From contig CASEIK010000036.1 in the NCBI GenBank assembly GCA_949288005.1, forward strand, positions 1 through 61,087: a stretch of 61,087 nt of DNA, read 5' to 3'. Shown in pieces: positions 1 through 10,359 of this stretch. This DNA comes from an uncultured Mycoplasmataceae bacterium. Lineage in GTDB: Bacteria > Bacillota_I > Bacilli_A > Mycoplasmatales > Mycoplasmoidaceae. The notes beneath the pieces are model-generated. The model did not search any database. It saw only the letters and a program-made list of their open reading frames with translations, and was not told the origin of the DNA. The stretch's first letter is position 1. Each line of letters begins with the position of its first letter. The position numbers and the translations under genes are program-made.

Positions 1-143
1 ATCAAACTATACCTAAATGATGTATTAACCTATACTTAGAAATTATACTTTGTAAATAATATTATGTTTATATTTTCAATTTAAGTCACCAACAATCATT
101 AACCTCAAACTCATTGAAGTGTTATAATATAAAAACAATATTT

Positions 144-1895
144 ATGCAATTACAAGTACTTAAGCAAAGTAATAGAATAAATAACATTAAAAAACTATTG
201 AAAGATGGTTGAATATTTTTGTTGTTTTCTTTCATTAATAGTTTTTTGCCAATCGCATTATGTTTTGTGTCAGCACTATTACCAAATTATGGAGCACAAG
301 CTGTTATGGGTATAGGTTATGCTGCAACTTTTCAATTAAGTTTTGCACAATTAGGTATCTCATTCTCAATATGTTTATTCTCATTATTTCTATCGAAACA
401 GATAAATATATTAAATGATAAAAGTGGAAGCTGGATTAAGTGTTTAATTCTATCAATATTCATCGGTTTACTAAGTATGTTAGTTTATGTAGTTAGTAAT
501 TATTTTTATTTTGCTTATTCTAACAACAGACCAAATACTCAGGATACATTAATTTATGGTTTGAATTTTGTATATTCATCAATTGGATTTGTCATATTAG
601 CTCCAATTGAAGGTTTCTTATTGATACAACTTTCTACAAAAAACCGATTATTAACTGGGGAGTTGTTTTTAGCTAGATGCTTCTTTTCTATATTGTTAGG
701 TTATGTACTTATGAAATACACTAGTCTTAATACAATTGGTGTTGGTTTAGGATTTACTATTATGTCATTTGTCTTTGTTATTATTAATTTCACAATAGTT
801 AAGAAATTTTTTCATTATAAATTCATAAAGAAAATCATAAAAATAAAAATGGAAAAAGGATTATTAAAACGAATAATGCAAGAATCAATTCCTGCTATTT
901 CGTTATCTGCTGCAAAAGGTATTTGTATCTTAATATTAGGTTTCTTAATGTATGATAAATTAACTGATTTTGTCCCAGTTTCATATCAAATGTCTAGGGT
1001 CATTTGATTTAACATAATGTATATGATTCCTTGATTTGGAATAGGTATTGCTGATGCTATCAAATTCAATGATTTATATTCAAACAACAAAAGAGACATT
1101 AAGCTTTTAATAAAAGAATTTTGATTTCTTCTAATGATATCAATGATTGTAGCTGTATTGTTTTGTATTATTGGTTATTTCCTTGTTAAACCTTTAATCA
1201 ATTGATATATACAAAATACTAATTTACTTTATGGTACTGTACCATCATTAGGAACTTCTCTTAATCTTGTTACACTGCCACCAACAAGTTTGCCAGAAAT
1301 TTTACCAGGTCAAACATTTGATGAATATTTAAGATATTTATTGTTTAAAGACAAAGAATGATCAACGTGATTTAAGAAAAACATATTAGATATAGTAGGC
1401 AATCTACAACATGTAAACGAATTTAAAACATGATTTATTAACTATATTTCAGCTACTACATATGATGCAAATATGATTTATGCACTAATAATGTTTAAAA
1501 CACCAGAACAATTGGAGATTATTAATTCTCCACTATTATTAAAATTTAAAAATAGTAATTTCAATGCAAAGACATATTATTACATTGTTATTTATGGGGT
1601 TCTTTCAAGTGGTTGATCTGTTTTATTACCTTCAATAGCAACAATTAGCAAAAAACAAATGCATCCAATTTTACTAATGGTTATATATTTTATAGTCATT
1701 GGTTTTATTATAAGTTTTGGTGCTACATTCTCAATAACACCAGTTGCAGATCAATTGGGTGATAATAATCAATTTAGATATCTTGATGCTTGAACATTTC
1801 CAATTGCTCTAACCTCAATTATTATTTTCTGTTATCTTATTTCAAAATGATCAATTGTATGCCTTAAAAGCAATTTTATTCAAAAAAATAAATAA
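144..1895 (+). CDS. Polytopic membrane transporter, MATE/MOP-superfamily-like (about 583 aa)
   Basis: ATG 144 to TAA 1893-1895 in one frame. I read every codon from 1008 to 1895 and found only TGA (about 11) and no TAA/TAG, so track ORF 219..1007 is a fragment. Many hydrophobic helices. The N-terminal segment LPNYGAQAVMGIGYAATF resembles MATE-type exporters. Family call by eye only. Confidence 0.6.
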
Positions 1896-1984
1896 CAAAC
1901 ACTTTAAAAGTGTTTAAAATATAGACTATTATTTACCTAAAAACCTTATGCTATAATAACTAAAAATTTATTGTTAAGGTTTAA

Positions 1985-2692
1985 ATGAAAAATATTATTG
2001 AAACTTTTAAAATCAATTATTGTAAATATGTAGATAATTACTTGCCAGAAAATTTCGAACTGTGTTGCTACTTCTTAACTAACAATCTTTATTTTAGTGA
2101 TTTTGATCTACCAAATTATAAAATCATTAAAATTATTTCAAAGTATATAGACAAATATGGATATTATTTCTTAATTAGAAATAAATTCAACATCTTGAGG
2201 TTAATCATTTTAATGTCAATTAACAGTGTTAGTTTTGAACAATGTTTAAAATTTGTAGATAATAATTTTGAGACTAAGAATGTTTTTTTAAAAACAAGGA
2301 TTACTGCAAATGATATAACTAAAATTAATTTTTCTGATGATTCATCATTAGCAAAATTAATTAATTATTTTAATAATATTAACTTTGGTAATGTAGCAAG
2401 AGATACTTTTTATAAGGAAGAAATGTATTTCATTTACAATCACAAAAAAAATAACAATCATAGTATATACAACTCACTAGCTAATAGAACATTAGTAAAT
2501 AGAAAACAAACTATACCTGATAAACTTTATTGAAAATTTTGTAAGGATGAAAATATAACGAATGAAGCGCTTAAAGAAAGATGTTTGATTGATTTTAATC
2601 AAGTTGATTCAAGAAAAATGAAGCACCTTGTGTTACAAAAACGAGCAAAGGATATCGCTAATTCTATTAATGAATTCTTGCAACCATTATAA
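1985..2692 (+). CDS. Hypothetical protein (235 aa), no recognisable family
   Basis: Track ORF 1985..2533 continues through TGA 2531-2533 to an in-frame TAA at 2690-2692. No TM segments. No motif recognised. Confidence 0.6.
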
Positions 2693-3427
2693 TTAATAAT
2701 TTGAATTAAATATATCTGTATCGTTAATTACTAAATCAATTTCAGTTTTTTTTCAAGCTGACTTATCACTTGTTAATAATTCAACTAATTGTTGAGAACT
2801 ATATTTACCATATGTATTAATAATTTCATTAACAGTATCTATAATTCTTTCCTTGTCTTTATGATATTGAATTTTATCATTATATTGATCATCAATTGTG
2901 ATTTTTTGACTATCATCTTCTTTGGTAACATTTACACCTTCAATATGAGTTTCAAATTCTGTAAACTCTAAAAATACCATCCGATTAACAGGTCCATATT
3001 CTCATGCAAAAAATTCATCATCAAATAATTTCTTTTTGTATTTTTTTAAATATGCTTGATAAACTAAAAATAAGATTCTTTGTAGCTTGAACTCAGTGGT
3101 CGGTAAATTGTACAGAATCAAATATGCTACATCTATTGAACTTAATTTTATATTGTTGATAATCTTAATAAATTCATTCACATCATCTAATGGTTTTTCA
3201 ACATCTTTATAAAAATTATTTTCTTTAACAACAGATTCTCAGCTTGTATCATTGCTTTCAACAAAATTTACACTATATGCATTAGGATTGCTAACATTTC
3301 TTCTAATTGTTGCAAGCATGTCATATAGCTTGTTCATCCCTCTTGAATGATTTTTTAGATTGCCTCATAAAACAACCTTCCTATTCTTCCTATTTAAATC
3401 ATAACCTAAAATAATATAATGTTTCAT
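2693..3427 (-). CDS. Panacea domain (DUF4065, SocA/GepA-like antitoxin domain) protein with an unassigned ~85 aa N-terminal region
   Basis: ATG at 3427 is preceded by the RBS AAGGGGGAATA. Track ORF 2753..2980 extends both ways through TGA codons to TAA (complement of 2693-2695). It carries the motif LQRILFLVYQAYLKKYKKKLFDDEFFAWEYGPV, with the conserved Trp encoded by TGA at 3002-3004. The C-terminal YGKYSSQQLVELLTSDKSAW is typical of this domain. Confidence 0.75.
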
Positions 3428-3469
3428 TATTCCCCCTTATTGAAACATATTTGATAATTAATTAAGAAT

Positions 3470-3490
3470 GTATGTTTATAATAAACATAC
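3470..3490. promoter_or_regulatory. Perfect 10-bp-arm inverted repeat (GTATGTTTAT-A-ATAAACATAC) in a divergent promoter region
   Basis: Read directly. It lies about 45 nt upstream of the Panacea-gene ATG (3427) and about 60 nt upstream of the pseudouridine synthase ATG (3551). Candidate operator. Confidence 0.4.
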
Positions 3491-3550
3491 AAACTATATT
3501 ATTTTACTACAAAAAAAGTTTTTTTATGTTATATTTTTAAAAACTAATTT

Positions 3551-4477
3551 ATGACAAGAATTAAAATCACCAAACAATATGAAAAGTATAAAATTAGTGA
3601 TTATATTCAAGCACTAAATAAAAATTTAACAATCACTGCAATTAAAAGACACATAAATAAAGGTGATGTAAAAGTTAATAAAAATAAAGTACGAGATAAT
3701 TATTTATTACAAGAAAATGATGTTCTCACAATATATATACCAATCAAAAAAATTAATGGTAAATACCTAAAAACCACTATTAAAATTCCTATTTTTTATG
3801 AAGATGACAATATCATTATTTTTGATAAACCTAAAAATGTTTCTTGTCAGGAAAATGAAAATGAAAAAATTAATACTATTAATAACTATCTAAAAAAATA
3901 TTGTTATGAAAAAAAGTATTGAAATGGATATGATAAGGAATTAGAACCATGTCTAATTCATCGTCTTGATCAAAATACAATCGGTTTGTTGATAGCTGCA
4001 AAAAATAAAAAGATAGCTCGTATTTTGAATAAAAATATAAATGATGAGATTTCTAAAACATACTTAACTGTGATTTATGGAAGACCAAAAAAACAAAATG
4101 ATATTCTGTGCGACTATATCTTTAATGATTATAATAAACATAATCAAATGGTAGTTTCAAGTAAGAATATACAAAATAGTCACCAAATTAAAACTAAATA
4201 TAAATGTATTTATACCAATAATGATTATTCTATTCTTGAGGTTGAATTACTAACAGGAAAAAAACATCAGATAAGGGCTCATTTAGCATTCCATCAAATG
4301 TTTATTGTTGGTGATGGAAAATATGGAATTAAGGATAAGAAACTTAAAATTAATAGTCAAATTCTTATTTCTAATCAAATTAAATTTAATCTAAAAAATG
4401 AACAATTAAAATATCTAAATAAATTAGAATTTATCAAGATTAAAGATTATAAAACCATTTTAAAAAACATTTATTAG
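3551..4477 (+). CDS. RluA-family 23S rRNA/tRNA pseudouridine synthase with N-terminal S4-like domain (RluD/RluC type)
   Basis: Track ORFs 3551..3922 and 3986..4477 are in the same frame, joined by TGA. Catalytic motif HRLDQNTIGLLIAAK and GKKHQIRAHLA. TAG at 4475-4477. Confidence 0.85.
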
Positions 4478-4546
4478 TTGGGTTATATAAGAACTAACAA
4501 TAAATTTGATTGTATATTTTTAAAAAAGTTTTAAAATACTTATGTT

Positions 4547-5650
4547 ATGAAGAATAATTTTTTATCAAGATTTAAACATATACCTATTGGATGTACAGGA
4601 GTTGGTGTTGGAGTTGCTGGTTTAGGTGCATTATATACATTAGTTTTAAATAATGATGCTAATGTAAATATAGTTTATTCAGGAATAATCCAATTTATTC
4701 TAACAACTTTTGCAATCATCTTTTTAGTTCTAATACTTTTAAGAAATACTACTCATAAAAATACATTTACTAATGAAATTAATCATCCATTACTTTCAAG
4801 TTTTTTACCAACAATTTGTATGTCAACAATGCAAATTGGAGGTTTATTTGCTTTTATTGGTAATTTAACAAATGATAAAACAGCAAATAATGTTCTTAAT
4901 GGAATAGGTGCAATAATTTGGTATGCAGCAATAATTGCACATTTATTAATCTTTTCATTATTTGTTTGAAATGTTGTAAGAAAACATAATCTTAAACAAG
5001 ATAATTTATATGCATCATGATTTGTACCTCCAGTTGGTATTATTGTTGCTTGTACAGTAGCTGGTTATTTTAATAGTTCAATTACTTGAATACCTAATAT
5101 TATTTTTCAAATAATTTGATATTTTGGTTTTTCATTATACCTAATCACACTTCCAATTGTTTCATACAAATTAATATTTCACCGTTCTGATGACAAGAAT
5201 ACACTTCCATCGATTGCAATCTACGGAGCACCAGCTAACTTATCTCTAGTTGGTTTCTTATCTGTTTTTACCAAAAAAGTTAATAATAAATTTCTACCTA
5301 TTATGGATTGTTATAGCTTAGATTATATAAATACAATAACAATCATTCTAACATTCATTGGTCTTTTTACTACATTAGTTGTATATTTATTACTAATCAG
5401 AATTTTTAAAATTAAATATAATCCAACATATGCATCATTAACATTTCCATTGGCAATTGGAGCAACTTCAATGTATAAGTCTTACTTATATATAAGTTCA
5501 AATTATAGTGGTATCTTATTTATGGAAAATCTAATTAAAACAATTCATATAATATCATTTGTTGAACTTGGTGTTGCAACCATTGTAATAGGTTATGTTT
5601 TTGTAAGATATCTAATTCTAATATCACAAAAATTATTTAGAAAGTCCTAG
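4547..5650 (+). CDS. TDT/TehA-family (C4-dicarboxylate/tellurite-resistance type) membrane transporter
   Basis: ORFs 4547..4969 and 5303..5650 are in the same frame. The intervening codons were read and contain only TGA. About 10 TM helices. The SWFVPPVGIIVA segment is typical of the family. Confidence 0.6.
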
Positions 5651-5664
5651 AGTTGAGAACAAGT

Positions 5665-5970
5665 TTATCTTGATATAGCTTTTTTACCATTTATGTGTTT
5701 ACATATTTTAAAATAATGACGTTCAATTCAATAACAGAAATGAATAATTCAAAATCATGCAATTTCCACTAGTACAAATGGTTTAAAAAAGAAACTTTTA
5801 GAAATTTTACATACAACATAGTAATGATCATTCAAAGCAATTTTAGATTTAGATTTAAAAGAATTGGAAGAACCATAAAACAATTTAGAATCAATTTTTC
5901 TATTTAAAGAAATGTTCTTATCAAGATCATGTTTTATGGTAATAAATGAAATGCAAGTTTTTTTAACCAT
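5665..5970 (-). CDS. Small hypothetical protein (101 aa), Trp/Cys/His-rich hydrophobic C-terminus
   Basis: ATG 5970 is preceded by a strong RBS (TTAGGAGTATAA-ATG). Track ORF 5755..5970 continues through three TGA codons to TAA (complement of 5665-5667). Confidence 0.45.
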
Positions 5971-6050
5971 TTATACTCCTAATGTAATAGATTATAACAA
6001 GAAAAAAATGCTAATATAATTATTAAAATATTTAATTTATAATTAAAAAT

Positions 6051-7487
6051 ATGAAAAAAAACAATAATTTTAATTTGCCAAACATAATTGATGCAAGAAA
6101 AAGAATTAAAAAATCTGTTGTTATTAGAGATGAGTTTTTGATTGATGATGATATGAAAAATTTTGGTAAAAATAAAACTTTTCATATAAGAACATATGGC
6201 TGTCAATCTAATGTTAGAGACGGAGAAACTATTAAAGGCATCTTAAAACAAATGGGATTTAAGTGAACTGATGAGATTATGAATGCAGATCTTGTAATTT
6301 TAAACACTTGTGTAGTGAGAGAAAATGCAGAAAATAAAGTTTTCGGAGAATTTGGTTTATTAAAACAAGCAAAGAAAAAAAATCCAAAAATGCTTTTAGG
6401 TATGAGTGGATGTATGAGTCAAAGTGAAAAGGTTGTTAATAAAATTCTGACAAAGTATCAACATGTTGATTTTATTTTTGGTACACATAATATTCATAAA
6501 TTACCACAAATCTTAAAACAAGTTAAATTAGAAAATCAAATGATCATTGATGTATGATCTCAAGAAGGTAATATTATTGAAAATACACCAATTAGTCGTG
6601 ACAACAATATAAAAGCTTGGGTAAATATAATGTATGGATGCGATAAATTTTGTACCTATTGTATTGTTCCATACACACGAGGAAAAATTAGGTCTAGACT
6701 AAAAGATGATATTATTAATGAAATTTTAGATTTAATTAAGAATGGTTACAAAGAAGTTACATTACTTGGTCAAAATGTTAATTCATACGGCATTGATTTG
6801 CAAGAGAAAATAGACTTTGCAACTTTGCTAGAAGAAGTAGCAAAAACAAATATTAGAAGAATAAGATTTGCCACAAGTAACCCTTGAAATTGAGATAAGA
6901 AAATAATTGATGTTTGTAAAAAATATAATAACATAATGCCATATTTTCATTTACCCATTCAATCTGGTTCTGAACAAATCCTAAAACAAATGAATAGACA
7001 AGTGAAAATTGATGATTATATTGAACAAATTCAATATATTAGAGATAACATTCCTTCATGTGCTATTTCAACTGATATTATTGTTGGTTTTCCAAATGAA
7101 ACTGATGAAGATTTTAATAAAACACTTGATTTGTACAACAAGATTAAATATGACAATGCATATACATTTATATATTCTCCCCGTGAAGGAACTCCTGCAA
7201 GTACCATAAAAGATAAAATTCCCATGGAAACCAAAAGAAGGAGATTACATGAATTAAATGAATTAGTAAAAAAATATGCATCGGAAAACAACAATAAATA
7301 TGTAGGTAGAACAATTGATGTGTTGGTAGAAGGACCATCTAAATCAAATAAAAATAAATTAACCGGGTACTCTCCTGAATGAAAAGTGGTTAATTTTTCA
7401 GGAAACGCTAATGTTGGTGAAATAGTAAAGGTTAAAATAAAAACTGCTTCTAGATTTTCATTAAATGGTGAAATAGTTACTCAATAA
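6051..7487 (+). CDS. miaB: tRNA-2-methylthio-N6-dimethylallyladenosine synthase (radical SAM methylthiotransferase)
   Basis: Four track ORFs (6051, 6279, 6630, 6936) share one frame and are joined by TGA. Motifs [16 protein letters not shown] and the radical-[20 protein letters not shown], plus a TRAM-like C-terminus. TAA at 7485-7487. Confidence 0.9.
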
Positions 7488-8313
7488 ATTTTTCTAATTC
7501 ATTAAATAATTCATCACTCATGTTTTTGTCAAAAGATAAAATATGATAACCTTTATCAAAAATCATAATTTTATTAGTTTTTAAACTCAATTTTTTAACC
7601 ATATCAATAGAACCCATTATGTCTTGCATTGATTGAATATATTTAAAATTAATAATATCAAAATTCCTAGCAATAAATTTTCAAGATTTTTTAAATGAAC
7701 GTCATGCTGCTAAGATAACTCTATTTGAAACCTTATTCCTTCTCAATGCTTTAACTATCCTTATCAATACCTCGTCATTTGTTAACTTATCAACAAACCT
7801 ACCTGTATCATATGTATTGATGTTTGTTAAGAATGTTAACATCATTTTGGCTGATTTAATAAATTTTTCCTTACCCTTTTCAATAGATGTATCAACAATT
7901 TTGTATGGTACATTTCAAAAAAAATATCCTTTGACATCATTATAATATTTGGCATACAATGAACATAAAGCTCCGCCTCATGATTCACCAACTAAATAAA
8001 CCTCATTTATTTCAAATTCCTTCTTTATGAAATTAATTATGTTATGAATATCATCAATATATGTTTTAAAGAACCTAGATGGTCTACTATGATTATCAGC
8101 TTGTGCTCGAGGATCAAATGAAAATAAGTGATATTTATTAATCATTGGGTAATTTCAATAATTAATCATAGCTCCATTACCATTTAAACCAGGAATAAAA
8201 AAAATACATTTATTTGAATTATTCAAACATTTCACACCATATATGTTAAATTGTTCACCATTAATATCGCATTTCTTTTGGAAGCAATATTTATCATCTA
8301 TCTTTTTTTTCAT
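7477..8313 (-). CDS. Alpha/beta-fold hydrolase (lysophospholipase/esterase-like)
   Basis: Translated by hand from ATG 8313 to TAA (complement of 7477-7479); 278 aa. Nucleophile elbow GESWGG, with the W encoded by TGA at 7978-7980. Not in the ORF track because it contains about 6 TGA codons. Overlaps the miaB 3' end by 11 nt. Confidence 0.8.
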
Positions 8314-8328
8314 AATTTATATTATATG

Positions 8329-10335
8329 TTAATGTGCAAAAACTTTATTATAAATAATTACTTTAAAATACATTGTAAAAAATGCTTTAAAATATCATGG
8401 ATATCAATTGAATTTAAAATTACCATTAACGGATAATTTGATACCCTTGTAAACAAGGTATTTATAAAAACTATTATCTATTAAATGATATACAGCTAAT
8501 TCTTTATTTTTATTTTCAATTAATTTCTTAATCATTTCTAATTTTTCATCATTGCTAATTTCATTTTTATTAAATACAGATTTATAACCATAAATCTTTT
8601 TTAGATATCTTATCTTCCTAGAAGATGAAATTAAAGCATTATAAAAATTAATTTCATCGTCATTATAAATATTGGAATTCAATGATTTGTGAAGTGTTTC
8701 TTTTCTGATAAATAAACTTATAAAATCAAGGTTTGGTGATGTCTTTTTAGTTTTTTCCATAAAACGTCTTTCAATAATATTCAAGTAAGGTTTAACTCTT
8801 CCTTTTTTAAGTAATGAATTAGAATAAAACTTATACTGACAAGCATACACATCATATGGTCTTAAAACATGATTAATACCTAAAAGTATTTCATATGATA
8901 TTAAATCACCTGAGTCAATAAAATTAACATAACTATTATTTATTAGATTTTTTTGATCCAAATATTTTAAAATAGCTATCTTGTTCTTTGCTTTGCCATT
9001 TATAGTAATAGGTTTAATATTATTATATTTTTCTAGAACAGTTTTATTGATTTTTATATCACTATAAATAATAACCTCTATCTTTTCAAAATTATAATTC
9101 ATAGAGTTTATAGACAATAAAGTAGATTCAAGGTTTGTAATATCCTTGTTTCTAATAACAAAAGTAAATGTATCATCCTTAATATTCTTCTTTATTTTAA
9201 TCTTCACAACAACATGCTTATATAATTCTTTAAAAATTAACCCAACTAGTGCAACTATTCCTAAAATAGCTGTTAAATAAAATGTCATTGTTCTTCATAT
9301 AAAAACTGAGTTGTTAGTAATAGTTTCTAGTTCTTGATGTGTAAGGTTTGGAACATTAACTGAATTTTTAATAAACATTAGTAAAATTGCTTGTAATGAA
9401 CCCTCAGCTCCTGGAATAGGAATAAAATTATTTGCAGTAGTTGCAACATTAACATAATTAAATAAATCTCCAGGATTAAAACTTAGCGATGCATCTACTA
9501 AATTAAAGGAAAAGATTAATGAACAATAATATAGAACATTTCATAATAGACTACAAACTGAAACAAAGATAACAAATTTATAATCCTTCATTTGTTCTAA
9601 GAAGACCTTTTTAAATGATGCATTATCTTTATATTCATGTTTGATTTCTTCTTTTGTCTTATACTTTAATTTAAAAATCTTTTTTACTTTGTTTATTAAG
9701 AGATGGAAGAAGTAATGAGCATTTTTTGATGCACTCATCATAAACCAAAAACAAGTACCAATTAGATCAATAATCAATCCAACAAAAACAGATCAAAATG
9801 AAATTAATCACTCAAGTTGAGAAGAATATTTACCATAATCTGCGCATATAACAAAGAATGATGGTCATGTAATTAATACTTGCATAAAAGGATTAAGGAT
9901 TGTAAATGAAGCAACTATTGCAGTTGATTCCTTAAGAGATAACCCTCTCTTCTTTAACCAATAAATGATATATGGTTCACAACCCATTGAGAATGGGGTG
10001 ATAGCACTAATAAAAAAAGTAACAAAACAAAAGATAGCTCAATTATACCACTCAACTAGAATCTTCTTTTTATGCAATTTATAAAAATAAATTACAACCC
10101 GTAAAAAGCAATTATATATAGGGAATAATAACAACAAGAAAAATCATAAAAAGAAAAGTTTATTAGTTCTAAAAGAACTATCTAATAAAAGTCCTATTGT
10201 ATTAAAATTAATATCAAAAAGAAATTTTGATGTTAAAACAATGAAAATGATGAAAACAATTAAACTAACACTAAATATTATAATCTTCTTTTTTGTGAAA
10301 AAAGTGTTATTAGTATTTTGTGTCTTCTCTTGCAT
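8329..10335 (-). CDS. Fusion protein: N-terminal flippase-like UPF0104/LPG_synthase_TM membrane domain plus C-terminal GT2-like glycosyltransferase domain (668 aa)
   Basis: Track ORFs 10144..10335, 9541..9777 and 8404..9288 are in one frame. I read 9289..10143 and 8329..8403 codon by codon and found only TGA. Motif NFIPIPGAEGSLQAILL is typical of UPF0104. The C-terminal half has FTFVIRN..IEVIIYSD and FIDSGD (DXD-like). Confidence 0.7.
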
Positions 10336-10359
10336 AATCGTATAATATTATAAGTTATT

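Noticed and set aside
1897-1915. Hairpin AAACACT-TTAAA-AGTGTTT after the first transporter gene as a terminator
   Set aside because: It has a 7-bp AT-rich stem and no following T-tract. This is not strong enough to list as a feature.
2693-3427. Cas2-like reading of the N-terminus of the Panacea protein (HYIILGYDLNRKNRKVV resembles the YxIxYDI...R.KV start of Cas2)
   Set aside because: The resemblance covers about 15 residues only. There is no CRISPR array or other cas gene in the window. This is too weak to report as a call.
5979-6206. 75-aa minus-strand ORF overlapping the miaB start
   Set aside because: It overlaps the miaB N-terminus and its promoter region. The product is Ile/Asn/Phe-rich low-complexity sequence. 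There is no RBS.
8251-8436. 61-aa plus-strand ORF across the hydrolase start and the fusion-GT gene end
   Set aside because: It spans two supported minus-strand CDSs and their junction, and has no independent support.
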